Positions 24,887-32,315 of a stretch of DNA of 32,315 bases are shown here, one piece after another. The stretch is from a virus. Its lineage: Duplodnaviria > Caudoviricetes. The DNA is taken from positions 1-32,315 of IMG/VR virus record IMGVR_UViG_3300044724_004722. One strand, 5' to 3'. The position numbers and the translations under genes were made by a program. Below the pieces are notes generated by a model, which ran no database searches, was not told the origin of the DNA, and saw only the letters and a list, made by a program, of their open reading frames with translations. Numbering within the stretch: the stretch's first letter is position 1; each line of letters begins with the position of its first letter.

Positions 24887-25322
24887 CATAAACCCACGCG
24901 GCAAAGTTACTGTTCAGGTAATGCGCGAAGGCCGCGAAATACAGCGCACAACGTCTAAAAACATGGTTGTCAACACCGGGCGCGACAGGATCGCCGCCTT
25001 GATTGCTGAAGACTCTACGGCGTTGCCCTCACACATTGCCGTTGGTACAGGCACGACAGCTGTTTCGCTTACCGATACCGCAATGGAATCCGAGGTTGAG
25101 CGCAATGCGTTTACCACAAAAACAAGTTCATCGGGTGTGGCAACCTTTAAGGCTTTTTTTTCAAAGTCGGATGCCAACGGTAGTACACTAACGGAAGTCG
25201 GTTTGTTTGACCAATCTTCTGGCGGTACAATGTTTTGCCATGCTATACTTGGTGTTCCCGTTGTAAAAACCTCGTCTGATTCAGTCATAATATCTTGGAC
25301 ATTAACCTTTGCTGACGCATAA
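24867..25322 (+). CDS. Tail fibre anchor-like protein
   Basis: NMVVNTG, HIAVGTG, LTEVGLF. Confidence 0.7.
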   Translation: MDSMLDNINPRGKVTVQVMREGREIQRTTSKNMVVNTGRDRIAALIAEDSTALPSHIAVGTGTTAVSLTDTAMESEVERNAFTTKTSSSGVATFKAFFSKSDANGSTLTEVGLFDQSSGGTMFCHAILGVPVVKTSSDSVIISWTLTFADA

Positions 25323-26113
25323 TGAGTACCACCATTTTCCCCGAATCAGGCGATCAGATCACCGAAGCGGCGTGGTCTACGCAGAACCAAGCCCTAACGG
25401 TTGCTGAACGCTACCGCGTCAGCGGCTACACCCTATCGGCAGGGACGGGCCTTAATGCTGATGTGGCGGCTGGAACGTGCGTTGTCAATGGCTACCACAT
25501 TGTTAGCGACGGAACGCAGGCGGTCAGCGTTACAGCATCTCAGACCAATTACATTTGGCTCAACGCCGATGGTACACTCTCGGCCAATACGACAGGGACG
25601 AACCCCGGATCTGAATTGCTACTGGGTACAGCCGTTGCCGATGGGTCAAGCGTCACCAGCGTTTCGCACACGTACAACATCGCCAACAGCCAAAACGTGC
25701 TGATCATCAAGCCAAGCGATGAGACGGTGAACAACTCGACCACCTTTCAAGACGATGACGATTTTCAGTTTACGGTTTCTAGCGGTGATCAATGGGAGAT
25801 TCGCACAATTCTGATCATTGACAATCCCGATGCGTCAGCGGATTTCAAGATGCAATGGTCAATCTCTGGCGGGTCGTTGACTGAGTACACCACTATTCAA
25901 GCGGAAATTCAGTCAAACGGGTTTCATACGTCGGGTGATGGAACGATCAACTACGGCGGCTCAGTTACCGACGCGGTGGCCATTGTGGATAGTATTGTAT
26001 TCGTCGGCACAGGCGGCACGTTGGCCCTGCAATGGGCGCAGGAAACAGCCTATGCAGGCAACACCGTAGTCAATGCCAACAGCGTAGTTATTGCGCGGAG
26101 GGTCATAGGATAA
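25322..26113 (+). CDS. Tail fibre/receptor-binding protein 1
   Basis: VAAGTCVVNG, LLLGTAV; beta-rich C-terminus ending LQWAQ...IARRVIG. Confidence 0.7.
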   Translation: MSTTIFPESGDQITEAAWSTQNQALTVAERYRVSGYTLSAGTGLNADVAAGTCVVNGYHIVSDGTQAVSVTASQTNYIWLNADGTLSANTTGTNPGSELLLGTAVADGSSVTSVSHTYNIANSQNVLIIKPSDETVNNSTTFQDDDDFQFTVSSGDQWEIRTILIIDNPDASADFKMQWSISGGSLTEYTTIQAEIQSNGFHTSGDGTINYGGSVTDAVAIVDSIVFVGTGGTLALQWAQETAYAGNTVVNANSVVIARRVIG

Positions 26114-26700
26114 TGGCCACTACTGTATTCCCCGAAACAGATGACACCGTTACCGAAGCGGCGTGGTCGGCAATGATTGCCGCCCTTGATCGTGGCGCGG
26201 TGGATGTGCTATCTGATTCAACGCCTGATGATGGTTATGATTCGGCGCGGCTTACGTTTGATTACAATGACACGGCCAGCATCACTAACGACACGTTGCA
26301 GGATATTGTCAGCGTCAACATAGACGAAGGCCAATGCTACGCGGGTACGTTTAATTGCGAAATTGAAAACGATGCTTCAAATGATGACAACTTTGTTTGC
26401 GCGGTCACCGTACCAACAGGCGTGAGGGCTTACATTTACGGCCACCGGAAGCAAGGCTTTGCCACGAATAGCGTGGTTGGCCTTGCGTTGGAAAAAACAG
26501 CCGTGACAGATGACAATATCCTTATGATTTCTTTTTCAGCGTTTGTTGGTGAGGTGCAGAGCTTGCGCCTTACGCTTGTTTTGTTTGGCGAATCAGCCAG
26601 CGGAACGACTAAAATTCAAATGGCTAAAAGTGGAAACTCGTACCCCGCTGAATCCTACGAAATTACAAAATCAAGGCTCTCATTGCGCCGCATCTGGTAA
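26113..26700 (+). CDS. Tail fibre/receptor-binding protein 2 (shares N-terminus with protein 1)
   Basis: MATTVFPETDDTVTEAAWS vs MSTTIFPESGDQITEAAWS; TAATG coupling. Confidence 0.7.
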   Translation: MATTVFPETDDTVTEAAWSAMIAALDRGAVDVLSDSTPDDGYDSARLTFDYNDTASITNDTLQDIVSVNIDEGQCYAGTFNCEIENDASNDDNFVCAVTVPTGVRAYIYGHRKQGFATNSVVGLALEKTAVTDDNILMISFSAFVGEVQSLRLTLVLFGESASGTTKIQMAKSGNSYPAESYEITKSRLSLRRIW

Positions 26701-26706
26701 AAATTT

Positions 26707-27558
26707 ATGTCTACTGTACCCAGTTTATCCGAAAACACCGCACCCGATGGGACGGATGTTATATACTCCACCGATGGCACGAACGACGAAAAGGTTCAGA
26801 TCAAAAACCTGTTGAAAGGTAGCGGGGCCGAAGTACCCGCCGCCAAGATTACCGGGACGGTGGCCCATGAGCAAGGCGGTTTGGAAGCAGATGTTTCTGC
26901 GTACTCTGGGCTGGTGAAGATTACAGGCGGGGCCACGTCTGCCGTAGCCGATCCCAATGCTACCGCAACAACTAAAGGTGATCTTCTGGTGCGCGGTGCT
27001 TCTGCTCTTGGTCGTGTTGCCGTTGGCACGAATGATCAAGTATTGACCGCAGATTCGACAGAGGCGAGCGGTGTGAAATGGGCTGATGCTGGTGGCGGTG
27101 GTGGTGGTGGCATCTTGGTCGTTCCGATGGTTTACTCATTCAATTCTGGGGGCAGTCCCGTACTCGGCAGTCTCGGTTATGCCTCCGCAACCGAAGCGGG
27201 GGCGTCCGCGTGGATGTTAGGCACTGGCTATTTTATCGTTGGAAACACTACCTTGCCGAGCAGTCTTACAAGTATCGACAGCGCATATATATGGTTATCG
27301 TCGGGGGCTGTCACTGAAGGCGAAGTAAGAATAACGGTAAATTTCGCGTCAGCAGGAGAAGACTTCGAGGCAGGCGGGAGCGTAAACACGCTTACATCAA
27401 GCACATGGTACACGCCAGGCGCAACATACGATTTGTCAAAATTTGACATTTCGAGTTTGATGACGGGCGCGGCAGCTGGCGATACGGTTCAAATCGCCGT
27501 AGAAAGAACGGGGAGCGAAATTGTTTTGGTTGTTAACGCATTTATTGAATACTCATAA
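26707..27558 (+). CDS. Tail fibre protein 3
   Basis: TTKGDLLV...RVAVGTNDQVLTADS...GVKW, poly-Gly hinge, beta-rich head. Confidence 0.75.
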   Translation: MSTVPSLSENTAPDGTDVIYSTDGTNDEKVQIKNLLKGSGAEVPAAKITGTVAHEQGGLEADVSAYSGLVKITGGATSAVADPNATATTKGDLLVRGASALGRVAVGTNDQVLTADSTEASGVKWADAGGGGGGGILVVPMVYSFNSGGSPVLGSLGYASATEAGASAWMLGTGYFIVGNTTLPSSLTSIDSAYIWLSSGAVTEGEVRITVNFASAGEDFEAGGSVNTLTSSTWYTPGATYDLSKFDISSLMTGAAAGDTVQIAVERTGSEIVLVVNAFIEYS

Positions 27559-27562
27559 TAAC

Positions 27563-28006
27563 ATGATATACTTAGAAACCGACAAGACATTCAGCAATTC
27601 GATTTCGGCAGAGTTGAAAGCCGCAGGGCTTCCCGCCGCGTTCGGGATGACTACCCGCCGAATCATCGACGGCAAGGTTCAGAAAGGACATTCTCGCGCC
27701 CTTACCATCGACGTAGACGAATCCCAGCGATCCACCGTTCAATCGGTACTTGATGCACACGCACCGCACTTCGACCATGCCAATAAAAAGATAGCGGAAG
27801 CCAAAGCCGAAGCCCGTAGACGCATAGACGCAATAGCTCCTTTGTGGAAGCAGATGAACGCCGTAAGGGAAAACCCTAGTGATGCTATATTTTCCGAGAT
27901 TGATGTTATCAGGAAAAAATCAAACATGATTGAAGCACACTTGGCGACGCTAACAGATGCTGAAGCGGGTTTATATGACATTGAAAACAGCCCACTTTGG
28001 GACTAA
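27563..28006 (+). CDS. Tail-fibre-associated/assembly protein
   Basis: 147 aa directly after the fibre gene; helical C-terminus ending in WD. Confidence 0.65.
   Translation: MIYLETDKTFSNSISAELKAAGLPAAFGMTTRRIIDGKVQKGHSRALTIDVDESQRSTVQSVLDAHAPHFDHANKKIAEAKAEARRRIDAIAPLWKQMNAVRENPSDAIFSEIDVIRKKSNMIEAHLATLTDAEAGLYDIENSPLWD
27571..28006. repeat. Direct repeat copy 2 (matches 1-436)
   Basis: See copy 1. Confidence 0.98.
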
Positions 28007-28036
28007 TATAAAAACAACCAACTAAGGGAATTGACA

Positions 28037-28417
28037 ATGGCAAAAAGGGACGTACAATACTTTCGCATCTGGCAAAGCAAGCCGATTATAGAAAAGTTAT
28101 TTATGACTTCCGAGAGTGGAAAGTTAAGAAGAAAGTGCAAGCATCACCTAAAACAGATGGCACCATTCTTTGAGGACTGCATCGAGGAAGCCAAGCGTAT
28201 TATGGAAGAATTAGACATTGACGGTGTATCTATTCCATTTGAGCACAAAGAGTTCGTTCATGAGTTTGAGGAGTTTCTTCTATCTACAGATGAGATGGTG
28301 TCTTACGAAATGTATCAATTCTCAGAGGAACTGATGGAGTTTGCTGATGGGATCTCAGGAAAGGAAGAATTGTCAATCTCGTGGCTTTTTGATGAGAACC
28401 AACCACAGCCTGACTAA
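28037..28417 (+). CDS. Acidic hypothetical protein
   Basis: AAGGGA upstream of ATG; 126 aa. Confidence 0.75.
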   Translation: MAKRDVQYFRIWQSKPIIEKLFMTSESGKLRRKCKHHLKQMAPFFEDCIEEAKRIMEELDIDGVSIPFEHKEFVHEFEEFLLSTDEMVSYEMYQFSEELMEFADGISGKEELSISWLFDENQPQPD

Positions 28418-28418
28418 A

Positions 28419-28661
28419 ATGGCTATTAAGGCGTCAATAAAGATGAATGAAGTAGACCTAATCATTGGCCTCATGTCTGGGGGTGGCTTGGTCGGGATAT
28501 TGACAAAATATATTCAGTATCAACACAAGGCACACATTGCAGACTTGAATAAAACTATTGACCAGGAACGAGAGAGGAGTGCGGCGCTATTAGAGTCTTC
28601 ACAGATTGCAGCCCACTCTTTGCCCGCTATTGAGGCACTCTTGAGTGAGAGGATAGAATAA
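28419..28661 (+). CDS. Small TM plus coiled-coil protein (lysis-associated type)
   Basis: LIIGLMSGGGLVGILTKY followed by a heptad-like helix; start could be 28443. Confidence 0.6.
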   Translation: MAIKASIKMNEVDLIIGLMSGGGLVGILTKYIQYQHKAHIADLNKTIDQERERSAALLESSQIAAHSLPAIEALLSERIE

Positions 28662-29161
28662 TGAATACAGCACCAACACAACTACCAGTACAGGCAGCAA
28701 GAACAATACAGGCAGCGGTGCTAGGCTTGCGCCGAGCAGCCGTGATCCATGTTGCAGGCAAGATCGACTTTAGAGATGCCGTGCGCCTAGACGTTATCTT
28801 CTCTGACGACGAGTGGACACCTTTTGAGGGTATGTCTGGGTTTGAGACGCGCATTAGCGAGCGTGACAACAGCGGTCTAATCTTAGCCCTAGAGTGCGCT
28901 TGGCACAAGTCTTCATTTTTTCCTCCACACTACCACGAGCAAGAGGAGACTATTCACGTCCTGAGTGGATTAGCCACGTTCTTTCTTGACGACGGTAGTG
29001 GCGAGGTAAGCGAGGTTGACCTTAGTGACGGGGACGTATTACGCATAAAGCCCAATCAGGCACACGCGGGGTACGTTCACGCAGGGACAAATATAGTGTG
29101 CACCTACCGCCCACCAATCCCGCAAGCTAATGCTTGCGATTGCGACGACAGTTGTAAATAA
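28661..29161 (+). CDS. Cupin-domain protein
   Basis: PHYHEQEETIHVLSG...GDVLRIKPNQAH. Confidence 0.88.
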   Translation: MNTAPTQLPVQAARTIQAAVLGLRRAAVIHVAGKIDFRDAVRLDVIFSDDEWTPFEGMSGFETRISERDNSGLILALECAWHKSSFFPPHYHEQEETIHVLSGLATFFLDDGSGEVSEVDLSDGDVLRIKPNQAHAGYVHAGTNIVCTYRPPIPQANACDCDDSCK

Positions 29162-29179
29162 AATCAATCTTGGTAAAAT
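29152..29179 (+). promoter_or_regulatory. Putative extended -10 promoter
   Basis: TTGTAA-16bp-TAAAAT with TGn. Confidence 0.5.
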
Positions 29180-29267
29180 GATGGGTGGCTCTCAGGAACC
29201 ACGCTGATCCCTCGCTTGCCCTTGGGGGTCGCCTATCTTTTGCCAAATTAAAGCGAGAAAAAAGTAT

Positions 29268-29846
29268 ATGAGAAGCATTACAAAATTAACTATTGTTGAT
29301 GCCCCAAAAGGGTTTATTGGCGCTGATGTTGGATTGCAGACGGCTTGGATAAAGCACCTCAACACACCAGATAACGCCTTGTCCGTACACGTAGATGGGC
29401 CCACAAGTGTCTTTAACGTAGTCACGTCGGCTCCTGGCACTACGGGAACGGTCCTTGGTGTCAACTCTATGCAGTCAGGGCTCAAGGTCTGGGCTACTAA
29501 GCAGAAGTTTGACCCAGCCAAGGGAGAAACACACTGGAAACTACACGTCAAGGCTGAGAGTATTCCAGATGCAGAGGACCCGTTCAGCAGTGCTATTGTA
29601 CGTGCTGTATCTCATTTTAATGGCGGTGGAACCTCTATGGTAGATGCTAGGCTAAACATAATGGTAAAGCCCAGACAGGATACCGAGGTCATCCCAGAGG
29701 CCCCAATTCCAAGCCCCGAAGTCGAGACACCTGTTGTTGAGGAAGAGCCCGTAAAGCCAGAAGGTCTTGACGAAGTGCTGGTTATCGCTGAGAACATAGC
29801 AAGAGAGATCACGGATCTCAGGGGCACACTTAAAAACATCAAGTAA
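29268..29846 (+). CDS. Hypothetical protein (beta-rich domain, Pro/Glu linker, C-terminal helix)
   Basis: 192-aa ORF abutting the holin-like gene. Confidence 0.75.
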   Translation: MRSITKLTIVDAPKGFIGADVGLQTAWIKHLNTPDNALSVHVDGPTSVFNVVTSAPGTTGTVLGVNSMQSGLKVWATKQKFDPAKGETHWKLHVKAESIPDAEDPFSSAIVRAVSHFNGGGTSMVDARLNIMVKPRQDTEVIPEAPIPSPEVETPVVEEEPVKPEGLDEVLVIAENIAREITDLRGTLKNIK

Positions 29847-30248
29847 ATGGACATTATAGGAATCGGCAAAAGGATCGTGGGGCCCATCCTTGACATCATC
29901 AAGGGAAAGCAAGATCGCAAGAAGGCTCTTCAGCAGGTAGAGTCCAAGATCAAACTAGCCCAGACAGAGACTGAGGGAGACTTAGTGCTAAAGCGTCACG
30001 AGGTAGAAGCCCTTGCTGTGAAGGGACTCTCTGAGACGTGGCGAGATGAGTACGTTACTGTGTCAGTGGTGTCCATCTTCAACCTGATCGTCCTTGGAGG
30101 CATCCTGACAGCCTTTGGCTATCCACAGGTCCTAGAGGGCATAGCCGTCTCCGTAACGGCGTTAGAAGCCGCAGGAGTGGACTTAGGCTTTCTTATGACC
30201 GCTGCTGTCCTAACCTCCCTTGGCGTCTACACGTTCAAGCGATCCTAG
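29847..30248 (+). CDS. Putative holin (3TM/GTA-holin-like)
   Basis: TWRDEY followed by two hydrophobic segments and a basic C-terminus. Confidence 0.65.
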   Translation: MDIIGIGKRIVGPILDIIKGKQDRKKALQQVESKIKLAQTETEGDLVLKRHEVEALAVKGLSETWRDEYVTVSVVSIFNLIVLGGILTAFGYPQVLEGIAVSVTALEAAGVDLGFLMTAAVLTSLGVYTFKRS

Positions 30249-31147
30249 ACGGGCCTCACAAGAGCTTCTTTCTGTTTTGCCGTCTTATCCGCTCTCCGCT
30301 CCTTCGATATTTTGCCGCACTGCCCACATCGGTGAGTCGCGTAAATACCTGTTTGGGTTTGGGCGAAGCGCCCTGTTGGAACCATCTCATCAGAGCCACA
30401 AACGGGGCAAAGGATCTCTTCACTAGTATCATCTCTCACGGTTAGGCTTGGGTGAAGACTATCCCACCCTCGAAGTTTAAGGTACACCTTCTCTAGCAAT
30501 AGGACATCCTGATCGTTGTACTTAACCATATCCTTCAAGGCATCGGCGTCACCCGCTAGGCACTTCTTCCACATACTGAATCCCTCGTGCTTAATCTTCT
30601 TGTCCTCTACCAGCACCGTGCCGATGTGGTCCAACCTGTTAGACGAAAACTTGAATTTGCGCTTGGCAACCTTCAGTGTGTCGATGCTCTTAAAGACGTT
30701 AGGCTCAGGCAGTCCGTGCATCAGGAAGCGAGTGTTCATCTTCTTGATGTCAAACTTGTCCCCATTGTGCGCTACCACGTAGTCTGCGGTGTCCAGCAGT
30801 TGCCACAGGGCTTCACACACGTCGAAGTCGTCTCGTGGATCTGACGGGCTCACAGAGGCGTTCAGGATACCGTCACTACCGAGCCACTTTGCACTCCACG
30901 TAAGCACCGTCCAGTCCTGTATGATAAAGTCGTGCCCCGTGTACTTATCCCACAGCGACCAAGCGTACACCTCCATAGGTGCCGTCTCGATGTCAAATAT
31001 AAGGATCTTCTTATCACGAGGGGGGGCGTACTTTAGCAAGAAGTCATTTAGGGTTGATGTTGGTACGCCCAGTTTGTCTGAGATGTACCGCTGCGTGTAC
31101 AACCCAGTGTCCCAAAGGCGTGTAGCCTCATCTTTCCAGTCCTTCAT
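30245..31147 (-). CDS. DEDDy/RNase H-like exonuclease with N-terminal HTH and C-terminal zinc ribbon
   Basis: FDIETAP, AHNGDKFD, IDTL, YNDQD; CPVCG...CGQCG; GGAGG RBS. Confidence 0.9.
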   Translation of the reverse strand: MKDWKDEATRLWDTGLYTQRYISDKLGVPTSTLNDFLLKYAPPRDKKILIFDIETAPMEVYAWSLWDKYTGHDFIIQDWTVLTWSAKWLGSDGILNASVSPSDPRDDFDVCEALWQLLDTADYVVAHNGDKFDIKKMNTRFLMHGLPEPNVFKSIDTLKVAKRKFKFSSNRLDHIGTVLVEDKKIKHEGFSMWKKCLAGDADALKDMVKYNDQDVLLLEKVYLKLRGWDSLHPSLTVRDDTSEEILCPVCGSDEMVPTGRFAQTQTGIYATHRCGQCGKISKERRADKTAKQKEALVRPV

Positions 31148-31151
31148 ATGA

Positions 31152-31562
31152 TCAGTCCTCCCATCTACGTGAAAAGCCCCAAACGTCACAGTGTGTAAAC
31201 GTCTTGTATCTGCCTACACCCCCAATCTCTTCAGATTCAAGCCAAGAGGCAACCTCCGACGGCTCCACTCCCTTGACTACGATGTCGGCAGCCATTCCCA
31301 GAACGTGCTTACTCTTCTTGGCACCGCCAATAGACTTGTTGTACTCCTTCGTGCGGTACGCCGAGTTTATTGTAACGGGTGCGTCAAAATGATTGCGCAC
31401 TTGCTGTAAAAGGGCTACCAGCGAGGGGTGAACCTTCACGATGTCTGACCCATCGGAGCAAGCAAACTCGCCCAGTGCGAAGTTATCACTTAGAAAGGTT
31501 TGTGCTCCATATAGCTTCAAGCTAAACCACTCCACCTCATTCTCTTCCTGATTAGAAAACAT
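31152..31562 (-). CDS. Peptidase M15A (YcbK-like), second endolysin
   Basis: EFAC, SAYR...N...GGAKKSKH...AADI, FTHCDV. Confidence 0.92.
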   Translation of the reverse strand: MFSNQEENEVEWFSLKLYGAQTFLSDNFALGEFACSDGSDIVKVHPSLVALLQQVRNHFDAPVTINSAYRTKEYNKSIGGAKKSKHVLGMAADIVVKGVEPSEVASWLESEEIGGVGRYKTFTHCDVWGFSRRWED

Positions 31563-31593
31563 ACCTTCGTACTCTTCTGTTTAACAAGGGGGT

Positions 31594-31622
31594 AATATAC
31601 GACTAGAAGCCACTTTTGTCAA
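31594..31622 (-). promoter_or_regulatory. Near-consensus sigma70 promoter
   Basis: TTGACA-17bp-TATATT. Confidence 0.75.
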
Positions 31623-31630
31623 AGAATTAC

Positions 31631-32314
31631 CTATAGTCCAGACCACCTTTCGACTAGCTCGTCGTCCATATGGGCAAAAACCTCACTTGGAGACTCTACG
31701 CCCTCGATTCCAGGTAGTCTCTTGACCCATTCCCAGTCCCACATATTCTCATCAGTCTTGATGTCTATACAGGCGGGCTTGTACATAGAGGCTTGCTTGA
31801 TCTCGGTTCTACCGCTTGCAAGGTATTGATCAGGACCACTATCGACATTCTTGTCCTTACACTCGTCATACGGGTTCCAGTTACTCTTGTCTAAAAAATC
31901 CCTAGAGAAGTATTTCCCTGCTCCACACTTGAACTGGTGGTCGAATACCAACTGCCCCGTCTTGGAGTTAAAGAAGTGTACGCCACGTACCTCCTGATAA
32001 AAGGGTCTTTTTTTCGCCACCCCCTCAAAGACCCAAGGGGCAATCAGGTCATCTGACCCGACAATCATCACGCCCTCGATGTCTAGCATACGGCAAGCGT
32101 CGATCCCCTTGTTGAATTTGGCTGCCAGTGGCTCGTTGAGGCTGAACGCCTTTGGTGGATTTAGTTCATTCCACAGGTTACACTCCAAGTCCGACAGCAC
32201 GGGAACCACGAACAAACGAAGGCCCCGCACGTCTAGCGACTCGTAGTACCCAATAACTCTTCTGGCTAGTTCTTCCCGCTTGTGAATGGGGATAACTACG
32301 GCTATATTCATCAT
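31631..32314 (-). CDS. GT-A (family 2-like) glycosyltransferase
   Basis: IAVVIPIHKREEL, KFNKGI, VMIVGSDD. Confidence 0.7.
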   Translation of the reverse strand: MMNIAVVIPIHKREELARRVIGYYESLDVRGLRLFVVPVLSDLECNLWNELNPPKAFSLNEPLAAKFNKGIDACRMLDIEGVMIVGSDDLIAPWVFEGVAKKRPFYQEVRGVHFFNSKTGQLVFDHQFKCGAGKYFSRDFLDKSNWNPYDECKDKNVDSGPDQYLASGRTEIKQASMYKPACIDIKTDENMWDWEWVKRLPGIEGVESPSEVFAHMDDELVERWSGL

Positions 32315-32315
32315 A

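Overview
Tailed dsDNA phage sequence (siphovirus-type, HK97-fold capsid). Bases 1-436 recur at 27571-28006, so 1-27570 reads as one apparently complete, circularly permuted genome of about 27.6 kb. That unit contains: a metallophosphoesterase; a leftward early operon (SSAP, VRR-NUC, HNH-like, HTH/RHH regulators); a repeat-rich control region; a replication initiator and a stand-alone DnaA domain IV; holin and M15 endolysin; ParB-N; TerS/TerL; portal; MuF/gp7; a protease-capsid fusion; head-tail joining genes; tail tube, chaperones, tape measure and fibres. After the second repeat copy the sequence runs into a different gene set (second holin and M15 peptidase, cupin, DEDDy exonuclease, glycosyltransferase-like gene), which suggests a second phage joined by recombination or assembly chimerism. 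The best novel candidate is a canonical -1 slippery heptamer (G GGT TTT) plus a hairpin at the portal stop codon. Its -1 frame is open into MuF/gp7, predicting a programmed portal-MuF fusion. Structured leader RNAs ending in terminators precede the replication and capsid genes. No integrase, reverse transcriptase, CRISPR array or tRNA was recognised. All protein assignments are from motifs read by eye, without database searches.
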